A stretch of DNA of 57,788 nt, filler included, from Bipalium vagum (Eukaryota): NCBI GenBank assembly GCA_037834085.1. It is 3 parts of 3 records of this genome, joined end to end, with 100 filler letters (N's around TTAATTAATTAA, not from the genome) between each part and the next. Parts side by side here need not be neighbours in the genome. Positions count along the whole stretch, not along the records: positions 39,475 to 57,788 come from JBBMKC010029455.1; 2 more parts are not named here. One strand, 5' to 3'. Each line of letters begins with the position of its first letter. Within the stretch, counting starts at the first letter, position 1. Below, in pieces: positions 41,231-53,240 of this stretch. The translations under genes and the position numbers were made by a program. The notes beneath the pieces are model-generated. The model saw only the letters and a program-made list of their open reading frames with translations, had not been told where the DNA came from and did not search any database.

Positions 41231-42744
41231 TTTTTATAATTAATGTTTTTTCACATTACACCCTCTTTTTTGAAATAAGGAAATTTTTTAATTATTTTAT
41301 TTCTTTAATGATTTTTATTTATTTTTACATATAAATAATTGAAAGTTTGACTAATTTTACAACTTTAAATTTTCTGACATTATTAACATGACCGAAAATT
41401 TTAAAAATTTTCACATAGTATTATGAAATCGAATTTATAATCATGATAATATATTAATAATGGACGTTTAATGATATATTAATCAGGAATAATAATTATC
41501 TGCACTCCTTTTAATATTGTGAATGATAATGATTAGCGGAATAATGGAAGACTTTGTGAAGAAACATGTAAGAGATTGTTTGTTATATGAATTCGAGTTG
41601 GGAACAAATGATTCAGATGCAACCAATAGTTATTTTTATAATTTTCAAAATATTATTAAAACAAATTCCGGTGAAACAGCACAAGTAATAAATCTTTGAT
41701 CTGCTCAGGAAGCACAGTTCACTGATTTGTTGGATTATAAATTTTTATTTTCAACGATGCGCTAAAAACTCAAGCTCAATTCTTTTGTCTTGTTGTAGAT
41801 TGTTTTAAATTGAACAAATATATCAAATTACCATTTCACTAATCTGATAATTATTAGATCACAGTCGCTATGTTAAATTGTTTGTTTGACTAGTGCAACC
41901 CGTGCCACTGGGTATTTACTTTACCGTTATTCTATCATTGTTACTTTATCAGTCTCAACACATTTAATCGAAATTAACCACATTTTATTTTTGGATTAAT
42001 TTTACTTTTTAAAAAAAAGGAAAAAAACACCAAAAGATAAATATTGAGACATTTTCGGTAAATATTTAAACAAAATATTAATTTTTTTTCTTATCACTCT
42101 GAAACGTGAACTAAAAAACACAGTTTACCATTTTGCGTTTATGATTGAAAGTCTGTTTCGATCAAACTTTATTTTATTTATTTATATATTTGATTGCCTA
42201 CCTGGAAAAATCATCTAAGATATTTATAAAAAGTTGTGACGGAGACTCTAATCTCAAAAAATTAGAGAAACGACAAAGGTTGATAAGATAAAGTCAGTTT
42301 ATGTAACATGTAAGTTGTTTAAGTAAATCTTATTTTTTGTTTTAATTCATTAATTTAAGCCATTTCGATGCCAAATTATTATCGGATATACTTACACATT
42401 ATAGTCACCAACGTGACTAGGTTTTCTATTTGACCTTATTCAGCTGCGTAAACTAATGTTCATTCACCCTACGTATAAAAATACGTAAACTTTTCGTATT
42501 ATTGATGATAAACAAGATGATATGAATGTGTTCTTATTTGAAAAGCTGTAAAATATTTTAAAAATTTAATAAAATCAATTAATAAAACAAGAAAAGATTC
42601 TCTCAACTTTCAGAAGATTTTTTAACAAGATTCTAAAACTGAAAAATAAATAAAAACTAATTATTACTATTATTGATATTATTATTTCAGAAAAAAAAAC
42701 ATTTTTTGCTAAATTGTCCACTACGATAATGTCATTGTTTTTTA

Positions 42745-43354
42745 TTATTCTTTGCATCCTTCGAGAATTATCGGTGCCGCCACAGTTAAAATGTTTTTAA
42801 CCGAAACCTTCACTTTTTCCGATTTAAAATAGTTTAACAAGACCTCTTGCAAAACCGGGACCGTTGCCTATGAAGAAGAAAACATCAATGAAAAGCGTGT
42901 TTTTTCTTAACACAAATCAATTTACCACAAAATGCTCACAAGTAACATTTCTGACTTTGTGGCTTGAGCCAATATGCTTTAACATATCCCCAAGCTCACC
43001 CTCGTTATCCAAAGTCTCAAATACTCCATTTAGAGCGTTAACAACCCTCAATCCGTGAGCCTTTAGCTCCGTTGAATTTATAATCTCATCCAACGAATTC
43101 ATCCCGTCAAATTTTTTGAACAGTTTTATAAATTCCGGATGGGCCGTAAATAATCTGGAACGAAATGGAAAAATTGAAATAAATGAGAATAATCGATCTC
43201 ATGACACTTAAATATCGTTATAAATAAATGAGAAATATATAAAAAAAGACTTTCTAAAAAAGATTTGTCCGATCAGAATTTTTTTGTTTTTATCCGTCGA
43301 CACGTCTTTCCATTCGCTCCACAAGGTTTCCCTGACGTCTCTCGTAATGCTCAT
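42745..43354 (-). CDS. Single-domain intracellular globin (myoglobin/cytoglobin-like), 151 aa, 3 exons
   Basis: Exons 43354-43251, 43154-42926, 42867-42745, with GT-AG introns of 96 and 58 nt at B12.2 and G7.0. Protein: MSITRDVRETLWSEWKDVSTDKNKKILIGQIFFRKLFTAHPEFIKLFKKFDGMNSLDEIINSTELKAHGLRVVNALNGVFETLDNEGELGDMLKHIGSSHKVRNVTCEHFVATVPVLQEVLLNYFKSEKVKVSVKNILTVAAPIILEGCKE*. It has Pro C2, Phe CD1, distal His E7 (KAHG) and proximal His F8 (SSH). Confidence 0.95.
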
Positions 43355-43366
43355 GGTGAAGTTGTT

Positions 43367-43430
43367 GAAATGACCGCTGTCTGAATATTCACACTTTTAT
43401 ATAGGCCTATGAATTTGCATTGGTCATCTG
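43367..43430 (-). promoter_or_regulatory. Globin core promoter: E-box, CCAAT, TATA and Inr
   Basis: Minus strand: CAGATG (43430-43425) overlapping TGACCAAT (CCAAT 43423-43419), then TATATAAAAG (43403-43394), then Inr-like TCATTTC with its A at 43371, about 30 nt after TATA and 17 nt before the ATG. Confidence 0.6.
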
Positions 43431-43899
43431 TCCAGACAAATAGAGATGAAGTGCATAACAGTTTCTATTATGTTTAAATTAAACGAAAAGCCACTGTTAT
43501 TTTTGGTTGTTTTTTCTTCTTCGCAACCTTGTTAATATTATCTTTTATATTATTACTTTTAAGGTTTTCTGTTCATCAAACTGATTTTATGGATTTTGTT
43601 TTAATGATTGATATTCCATTTTACTAATAGCAACATTTATTTATATAAATATATTATTATTATATAAATAATAATGCTCTATATATTTTAATTTTAATAT
43701 AATTTAATAATTATGATCTGCTAAAAAAAATTATAATACTTAAACATTTTTTTAAATATTTTTTTTTAATTTAATTATTAAAAATTAATTTATAAAAAAA
43801 TTAGTATAAACAAAGCAAAAAAAATTAATAATGACCAGAGAAACACCAGGCTGCTGCATACTTAACGCAGGTTTTATGTGTTAACTTTAAAGCATATGA

Positions 43900-44420
43900 C
43901 TCTCAAAAATAAACTTTATTCATCAAAATAAGATCCATTAGATTCAACGCATTGTTTTGCCAAGGAAAAACAGGTTTTTTCGTTCGTTAGCATAAAAGTC
44001 CGTAGTTCTGGAATCCATGAAACCTAGAGCGCCATTTTACAACAGAGTCCTTGTCTTTGCACTATTTCTTTTGCAAGAATTGATCATGAAATCTAAACAT
44101 GTGGAGAGGTCTATATAATGTGCTGGGTGAAGAAGAAAGTAATCTTTCGTGTTGATTTGAGAGGTAAAAATCGATGAGGCACTTCAGTTGACCGTTGTTA
44201 ATACTTCCATTTTAATTGTAAAATTACGATAATTGAAGTCAATATTTCCATTTCTGAATTTTTGGAATGAACGTTAAACTTTGAATTCGTTAGCATTACT
44301 TTCTCTCTCCAAGTCTTTTTGACATTTCGACTTGTTTCTGTTGCACTACTCCCGAGTTTAAATTCGTAAAAGAATATGATTCGTAAATTCTCTTTTGACA
44401 TTCTTTGTTTTCAAGCTACA
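43900..44420 (-). mobile_element. Mariner remnant upstream of the globin
   Basis: MSKENLRIIFFYEFKLGSSATETSRNV. Confidence 0.75.
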
Positions 44421-44649
44421 TACAAAGATATAATTTTTTTTTGAAGATTGTTTATATAAGGAGCATAAAAAGATTATCTTTAAAATAATATATAGAAAAA
44501 TTTTAGTAAAAAAAATTGTCTATTTTAAAAGTATGAATACCATAAACCTTCATGGATTTTTCACCTGTTCGATATTAAAGAAATAAACCATTAAAAAACA
44601 ATGTTATTAAAATACTATTCAATTTTTACAGGGTTTTCATTTAATTTCG

Positions 44650-44900
44650 ACAACTAATAACATTTATTGCGAAAAGTTGTTAATCCATGATCACTTCTTT
44701 TCTTGCGCATCTTGACAGATATTTTATCATATGTTTATAAAAACTTAAACAATCATTGCTTGTTATAAGAAGAGATATATATTTAACCAGTTTTATTAAA
44801 TCAGATTCATTTGTAGGGGCTGATCTTTGAACCAATCCTTTCCAGTTTGTAAACATTTCCTCAATCGGGTTTAGAATAATAATCTGCTCTTTTTTCAATG
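44650..44900 (-). mobile_element. Tc1-like transposase C-terminal remnant
   Basis: LNPIEEMFTNWKGLV...YLSRC. Confidence 0.7.
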
Positions 44901-45329
44901 ATAACGAGGCAATTTCGACGTTGAGGTATTCTATATATTCTGTAAATGGTATAATGAAATCCTGTTTAATTACTAATTATTTATATTATTATTTATATAT
45001 TATATTATTATATATTATAGATATGATGAAGATGTAAATTTAAAGTTGTAATGACCTTAATTATCTGAATTATTTCTATGTCAGTATTACCTCTTTCAGA
45101 TCTGTAGATGTCTGTCAGTCTAGACAGCCACTAAAATTTACATTATGTTTTGCTTTAACTCTATATGATTGACTTTTGTACCATTCTCCCCATATTGTCA
45201 GAGTAGTTTAATCATTTCAACAATATTTCATAAATGTTTAACATAAAGTATATGTGCATTTTCTATTGTTATATACGGCTAAGCTGAACTTTGTATAATG
45301 TTTTTGGACTATTTAATTATGTGATATTG

Positions 45330-46040
45330 TCATGAACCAACTCTTGATCCTACCATTTGTGATAACATAAGATCTAATGGCTCCAACTGATTCTCCATAC
45401 AGTTGCCACATGTAAATATTATTTTATCATTGGCATAAAGGATGTGCAAACTATCTCTCATAATTTTTTATTACTTTCTATCATTTACTTTCAATATTTA
45501 TATTAATCGGACTTGCTAAATACAGTCTAACCTCATTTTGGGTCATGTCATCGGGCAAGGCACCTCATTATCCTTGATAAACTCACTCTTAGTGACAATA
45601 ATTAAACACCTAGATTTGTCTGTATTAATTATTGGTCGAATAAAATTTTTTTGAATCTTTCAGTCTACTGCCAAAATAGTAATTAGCAATAAATAAATTG
45701 AGATTTATCACTGATAAAAATATAGTTGATTAAACCTTGAAACTTTAACGGGAAAATTATTGGTCGATGATTTACTATGATTTTAAATGTGGCTTTACTC
45801 TGAAACAATGTCTAGATCAACTTCATTTAGTCTTTCGAAATGAATTACCACCAAAGACCTGCATTTACAATTTTCTCGTAGAATTCAAACATGTGAAGAC
45901 AAACTTCAGCTACTAATATTGATGGTGGGAGTGATATAACTGAAAGAGATTGAAGCATGTTGATATTGTCTTGAAAGCAATTGATACCATTTGAAGATAT
46001 GGAGACTTTAGAGTCATCAACTTTGCAAATAATCATTAAA
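45330..46040 (-). mobile_element. Decayed non-LTR (LINE) reverse transcriptase remnant
   Basis: CKVDDSKVSISSNGINCFQDNINMLQ resembles (F/Y)ADDxK...LQxDxxxL. Heavily degraded. Confidence 0.4.
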
Positions 46041-46269
46041 TTTAGTTTTCAGGTATTCTAAGCACCTTGCATTATCAAAAAGTAAATTGTCATTTTTTTC
46101 AAATGAAATTTTTTCTGAAAATTTCTCTTCAAAATGATGTAGATCTTCAAATAATTTCGAAATCTTGTGAATCGATAGTGAAAACCAAAAATACTATTAA
46201 AACCCTTTCAATTCTTATTCAAAAATTATCATTATTCACTTCATTTCGGTTTTTTTTCAAAAATAATCA

Positions 46270-47598
46270 TGACTTGAATACATTATCACGGTAAGATTTT
46301 TTTGTTAAAACTAATGTACAAAAGTTGTGCTTGTAATAATTTATTTATATACAAAGAATTTATTTATATCATGTAATTTAAATTTAGTTTAGCATGGAAA
46401 AACAACCGATCTATCTGATTATGAAAAGGGACAGATAGACGCCTTTAATTTGGACAATAGATTGAACGCTGAGATGGGAAGACTTATTAACTGTTGCAAA
46501 GTATTTAAGTAGAGAAAAAAAGTAAAATTAGTGTAGAAAACAGAAGGTGTATGAAATTAGCAACAATCAATAATTTATCAACAAGAAAGATAGTAAATGA
46601 ACTTTCAACGAAAGCGAGTTGTTCAACAATCTTAAACGAACTACATGGAAATAAAAATATGAAGTTTTGCTAAAATTAAAAGTCAGCCAAAATTAAAATT
46701 ACAACATATAAAGTTTTATGGTCTCAAGAACATCAGACTTGGAAAGATGAAAAGTGGAGCAAAATTGTATTTAGTGATGAAAAGAAGTTTAATCTAGATG
46801 GCTCTGATGGGTTAAATTTCTATTGGCACAACTTCAATTTGAAAAAAGTACTTTACAAAAAGACCATTTGGGTGTGGTGGATTGATGATTTGGGGAACAA
46901 TTGGATATATATCAGAAACTCTTCTTTAACAATAATTGATGGAACCGTAGACTCGAAAGAATAATAGATAATATAAGATGAACATCTTTTTAAATAATAA
47001 TTGTATTTTTCAACAAGATAACGTGCCTATTCACGGATCGAAAATAACCAAACAATGGCTACAAAATCAGGATATGAATACATTATATTGGTCCCCGCTT
47101 AGTCCAGATTTAAATCCCATTGAAAACGTTTGGGAAATGGTATTCAGACGGATCTATGAAAAAGAAAAGTTTGATGAACTTAAAAATGATCTATGAAATG
47201 TGATTATTCAAAAACGGTCGAACATTAAGCGCGGAACCATTCATCAGCTTTTTCAAAACATGAAATCTCGTGTTTAGGGTTTAATTGTAAAAAAGAAAAC
47301 TATATTAATAAATAGTTTGAATTTAACTTTTAAAAATTTTTTTTATTCTTTGTAAAATTAAATATATATTAATAAATAATTTTTACCGTGATAATAATTT
47401 TGGTCAATTTTTTTATAGAAAGTGTTGAATTTTTCTTTAAAATTATTAATTTTTTTAAGTTTTCAATGCAGTAATTCTTATTTAATAAATTAGGGACTAT
47501 TTCCATACTTAAACCAAAATCTAGCACTTTCGTTTATTATTATTGAGAGCAGTTCTCCAAAAAAATCCAACCGTGATAATTTTTTTTGTCAGACTTAT
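46270..47598 (+). mobile_element. Decayed Tc1 (DD34E) element between globin and Rbfox
   Basis: DLSDYEKGQI, VFSDEKKFNLDGSDG, and FQQDNVPIH...SPDLNPIENVW with 34-residue D-E spacing. ATTATCACGGT at 46281 occurs inverted at 47385 and 47570. Confidence 0.88.
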
Positions 47599-47944
47599 CT
47601 TATTTTCTGAAAGAAATTGAGTTTAAAACAACAGTCAGACCTCGTTAACCCGAATTATTTTTTAAAAATTTCCTTTGAATTACAATAGATATAAAAGTGA
47701 GTATTTATTTTTAGAAATAATTTTTAAAATTAACTTGGTGCAACAATAAAGAGGAAAATAATAAGCAACCACGGATGTTGTTTTATAAATTGTGCCATAA
47801 ATTTGTCTTTGTTATTCAAACTTAAATGAAACATCTTTTATGTATGAAGAGATATGAAATAATTTAATACATTTTTAAAATTTGCTTCACTCTCTAAATA
47901 TAATAGTGATAACTTTTATTTGATTTTGTTTTAATAGTATATAG

Positions 47945-48900
47945 CTAAAGCGCCAAATATGACCGTAAACTATATTTTAGTAATTTTAGGACACAATTGG
48001 AAAACTTTCCCGAGTCGGAAGTCATCTGTTTTATTAAAGAAGTTAAAGTTACAGACAGAATAAACAAAAAGACAATTATGTTGTGATTTGCAAAGTTAAA
48101 ATCGGGTGACACCGGCCTCCAACTTGCTTGAGGAAGGGTATCCTCGTTTGATGAAGATCTCTTGACAGAATCTGTTGAATCCAATTCGTCAATTAGCATA
48201 TGGAGTTGTTTCTTTAAAGTCCATATTCCACAATATCTTCATTCTATTGAGAAAAATATAGTTTCTCGGATCGATTCTTATGAACTGTAGGAAACCATAC
48301 AGAATATATAAATGGTTATTTACAAATGACTCGCATGTTTTTTGTAAAAAAATACAGCAATTTGGAAAAAACTCATGTCCATATTTTGTAACTTCAGAAG
48401 AATCATTTTCATTGAACCACTGCCAAATGATAATAGTTTAAACTCGGGTGAAGTTATAACGACAAAATATCCTTCTTTAATCAATTCGAAGTTTGTATTA
48501 CAAGCGAATAGTGCAAAGCATCATAAATCAATGAAATCAATAGCAATTATCAACAGCCTTGATAGAATTGAACTATTGCCACATATACCGTAGTTACAAG
48601 ATATCACAGTATTTGACTTTCATTTGTTTAGTGCATCTGTACATTAACATCATAAGGTGAGGGAATTCTTTGACAATAACCTGCCAAACAGATGAATTCG
48701 AAGAGGTTCAAAGGAATTTTCTTCTCCATAAACAGATCTAACGCCAATGGAATTTTTCTTCTGGGGTTATATTAAGGACAAAGTTTAAAGCATGACATAA
48801 AAACCCAGAAGTTTGCCTATCAATCGCGTATCGATATGAACAATATTTCAACCGACAGTATTTACATTTTAAGCACATTTGTTAACAAATTATTGTACAT
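47945..48900. mobile_element. Nested Tc1/mariner debris
   Basis: Minus strand: SLKKQLHMLIDELDST...EDTLPQAS. Plus strand: IIFIEPLP, LLPHIP*LQDITVFDFHLF and TDLTPMEFFFWGYIKDKV. Confidence 0.6.
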
Positions 48901-49473
48901 TGATGTTATAAACCGTATCTCATAAAATGTACATACTTTTCATGGTACTTGTCAATTTATTAAAATTACATCATAAATAATTATCTTGACTAAACTCTGT
49001 CAGTTACTTACTTTTATAAAAATCTAATAATAAAACATTATTTCTATAAGTGTAACCTTTATGACACTACCTCTTGAAAATTAATTAAATATTCACATTC
49101 ACCCAAATCATCTCTAAAATAAAAAAGTGAAATATTTCTCTGAGACGAAACGAAATAAAAAAATAAGCTGAATAATAAAAATTTATTTTATTCCAACAAC
49201 AAAATGTCCAATGTTCCATATTGAAGTCTAATCAAAACACATTCTAATAGATATTTCTATTTAAAATAATTAAATTAAACAATAAATTCTTGAAAAATCA
49301 AATCCCGCCTCAGAAAGTAAGAAGTCAACCTTTAGTGAAATATATAATATTTGTATTTCATAGTATCAAAGAACTGTTATCTTAGTACAAGGTGTTTTAG
49401 TCAAAATCTATACAAAAATGATGTGTAATTAGAAATAATTGAAATTAAAGGTGAAAATAAAAGTAGGCCTCTG

Positions 49474-52400
49474 TCAATACGGAGAAAATCGCTGGTAACT
49501 AGAACTGTTTCTATAAACTGCCGGACCTCCAGGGTTGTTTGGTAAAGTGTAAGTCATTCCAATTCTGTTGAGAAAATTTGCATCTGACGCTGAGACAAGG
49601 CCGGTCAGGTCTGGAATATATCCCAGAGCCGAGCATTCTCTGAGGAAAATAAATTTCAATACAGAGAACCGGTGAAAAAATTATGATAATCTTTCCACTC
49701 AGACTTTAATTTTTATTTATCTTTTATTTGATGACTTGTTGATATAAGAGATAATTATAAAAAAAATTTTTTTTGAAAATTATTATATAATTATAAGTTT
49801 TTTTTATTGAAAATCAATTTTAGGAATATTATTTATGTAAATTAATAATAAAAAAATTAATATTATTGACGAAAAATGTGTTTATCAACAAAGATTTTTA
49901 TGTCAAACCTATTTATTATATATGGAAAAAAGAGTTAATAATTCTAGACAATGTCTTCTCATATGACGTTTGGATTTCACAGAACATCATTAGACGTTAA
50001 AAATTGATAAATGAAGCATTGTAGATTTTAGAAAACAAGTCTTTCTTTAGATATTATTTTACCAAGATTTTTTGGCCAAAAATTATTCACTGTTTGTCAA
50101 TATTCTATTTGAGCAAGGTTGCAGCTTGTGTTCGCAAACTCAATTTTAAATTACAATTTTTATTATTATAATGATTACATAATTATCTTAAATAATCAAA
50201 CGCCGTTGATTGGTTGTTGACAAGCTGGGCATATAAAACTGTTCATAATTAGTCTCCTTTGTGCGTTTAATTATTCATAACAATTGTGTAATAATTGCTC
50301 TAATAATATTTTGTTTCAAATTACAAACTGAGTTTACGACTGAAAGGTGCAACTTTTCCAATTTTTTTTCATATAAAGAAAAAAATGCCCAATAAAAGAT
50401 TAAAATTGTTGATAAAATAGTCTTGTCAATGTATTACTTTTACCAAAATATGCAAAATATTTTAGAACCTATTTTAATACCATTTCTATTAGGAGATTTT
50501 CAAAGAAATAAAAACCGAATGACTACTTGCAGAGTTTATTCTAATAATTTAATTCTAAAATATCAACTAAATTCCCGGGGCTGGGGTCATTTGGGTCAAA
50601 ATCTAACAGTGAATATTTCAAAATTTCCCAAAAAAATGTTAACGAAAAGAGAATTATCAAAGAATCATTAATTGGTGGAAATTAATAGAATGTTTACCCA
50701 GCAACTTCTGGTATGTTAGAACTGTTCGGATTTCCAATTTGACCTAGTGTTGCTGTGGTTGTGGGATTTGAAAATCCTGGAATTGTAGATATCCCTCTCA
50801 GCATTCCGGCTGCTGCATATTGATTGATTGCAGCCATGTTTAATGGCTAGAAAAATGTAGCAAATCAATCTGGTGAAATCTCTACCCCAAAACTATACTA
50901 TCTAATTAAATATTAACATACTATGGCTGCTTGTAATCGTGGATCTGATGCTGCAACGGCATAGCTCGCAGCTAACAGCGCTGTTGGATCAGCTAACAGA
51001 ATTGGTTGATATGGCAATCCAAATCCGGGCGCTAGTGCTTTCAAAGCGGCTTGGTGTGGAAGCAGAGTTTGCATCATTGTTCGCATCCCTCTCATTGCTA
51101 AAGCAGCTGTTTTTCAAATCAATAAAGTCGCAAATAGCCGATTGTTTGCTTACCTGAATGTTCCACTTTCTTCTTGGTAATAATCCTGGCAGTGGCATTG
51201 TTAATCTAAATATGTCTCAGAATTATCATGTACGATTTTTATTCTCTATTCCACTAGCAAAACCCATAAATAAAACATTCCATTAATTAAGGAAATTGCC
51301 GATTTCATTTCACCAATTATGATGCCACCATGCAACAAGAGTAATCGACCTTTAATCATTTCAAGAACAGATAACGTGGTTATCTAAGAAAAGTTTGAGG
51401 CCTAACATCTCTTGTATTTCTATTGTTACAATTTTTAGAGGAAAATACTGTTATATAAAAGAAAGATTTTAAAGATGTTCACATATAAAAATGAATGGTA
51501 TATGGAAGTTTTTTACAGCATTTGTTTAAGTTATTGATTATCGTTTAATCTGGTACAGGACATTGTTTTATTTCATACGACTTAATAAAAAATATAATAA
51601 TAATGAAAATTCAATTTTACTTCATTAAAACAAGCCATAATTATTGGCACTGAGAATGTCCTCAACGCTAAGGCGATATATGTCAGAGATAATTGCTTTT
51701 CCTTTACAATACTTAAGATATTTTTATTTATTTATTTTTACTATTTATCAAGGCAAACTTTTGGGGGGATTACTTATTTTAATTATATTAACTAAACAAA
51801 ATGATATCCCAGTGTATATAATTAATATCTCCGTACAATTCGTTCAGAACATATAGACATTCACGCAAGATTTGACGATAATGCTCGAATTTCAAACATC
51901 AGCATAAACGAATCATTAATAACTTGTTGAAGATGAAGGAAACTTACATCTGAAATAGTTAAGACTTGTGTAACGAAGATTTGTTATTATGGGTGGAAAT
52001 TACGTCCCATCAATTCAGCGATTATTACTACAAATAGGTAATGTCATCGTTGTAATTCGGAATAACAATAGCAATTGATATTAGCTGCTTAGTAAAAGTA
52101 AAGACAAACCTCGATTTTTCTGCCCTCTACGATAGTGCCGTTGAGACTCTCTCTGGCTTTCTCGGCTTCTTCGACGGTTGAGAACGTAACAAATCCAAAT
52201 CCCTAAGGAAATTTCTTATATATGTTAACCAAAATTTGGTATACCTTCGATCCACGTTCATTAAAAATAATTTCAACATCAAGTATCGTACCGTAGGGCT
52301 GAGATTAAAATAGTGAGGTTCGGAAATAATTATGTTATTACTCCTAATAATTGTCTAAGATCTGATTCTCTGAACCTGAAAGGTATGTTGGAAATATGGA

Positions 52401-53027
52401 GTCGTTTAGGAGATCCGGTTGCATTCGGTGTGACAGAGCACGGATTATCTGTAGTTACTTCCGGTCTTTCGCTAATCGTGTTCGGATAATCGTCTTCTTT
52501 TTTTGAAGTAGCCTGGTTTATCTTGATTATTCGATAATACTTTGATAATAAAATAAAAAACTATATATACCGCTGTTGAATTATTGATATTTGGTACTGA
52601 TATAGAACCATTCTGACCCAATGTATTCGGTGTAAAGTTCGACATAACAGATTTCGTCTGATCAAAATTTATCAAACCAAAAGGATCTGTCAAAGTGGCT
52701 TGTTGATATCCCAGAGGAAATCCTGCAAACTGAAACATGGGAGTCGTAGAAAATAATGACGATGCCATTTCCAATGACGAGGCCGAAGACATAGCAGGCA
52801 GACCCCATTGGGCTTTGGATTGTTTCGAATCGTTTTCATTGTCAATGTTCTGTTGAAAATTCAAGTTCCCCGATGAAGGATAGAAACCCGCTGCTGCTGC
52901 GGCAGCTGCTGCATCGGTCGATAACATCTGTAACAATACGATAAAGTACAATGAGCCGGTCGAGAAACGAAACGAAACTCACCAGTTTATTCAAAGAAAG
53001 AGAAGCTTGTGGCCACATGAAATTCAT
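49474..53027 (-). CDS. RBFOX: RNA-binding Fox-1 homolog (Rbfox family splicing regulator), 9 coding exons, about 423-432 aa
   Basis: Exons (minus strand): 53027-52983, 52927-52571, 52512 (or 52539/52521)-52342, 52298-52245, 52202-52110, 51205-51154, 51106-50922, 50846-50698, 49639-49474. All introns are GT-AG and phase-consistent. The spliced RRM reads [79 protein letters not shown], the diagnostic Fox-1 RRM. The C-terminus is Ala-rich and ends YQRFSPY*, matching the Rbfox RF(A/S/T)PY NLS. Confidence 0.96.
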
Positions 53028-53130
53028 GATTGCAGATATAATGGCATTCAACAATGATGAAGCTGTTAATAACACGTTTCAGGTCTGCAAAAGTAGAAAT
53101 ATGACTAATGTCGTTATCTAAGACGAATTA

Positions 53131-53240
53131 CACGTGCATTCTGATGAATTTTCCCATGTGTGCACTCAGGCCCGCCTTTCCCGTGCGGTATGCACACAAG
53201 CTCATTGTGCAATGTTCCCGTGTGTGCATGATGCACACGA
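53131..53240. promoter_or_regulatory. GC-rich repeated motif and hairpin cluster upstream of Rbfox
   Basis: Five TGCRCNC cores within about 80 nt (53158, 53161, 53191, 53222, 53232), three TTCCCRTG (53151, 53178, 53215), two GTGTGCA...TGCACAC inverted pairs, and CACGTG at 53131. Confidence 0.5.

Noticed and set aside
25129-43354. CLCA-globin adjacency as a functional cluster
   Set aside because: The genes are separated by a gap of unknown size at 39375-39474, so distance and linkage are unverified.
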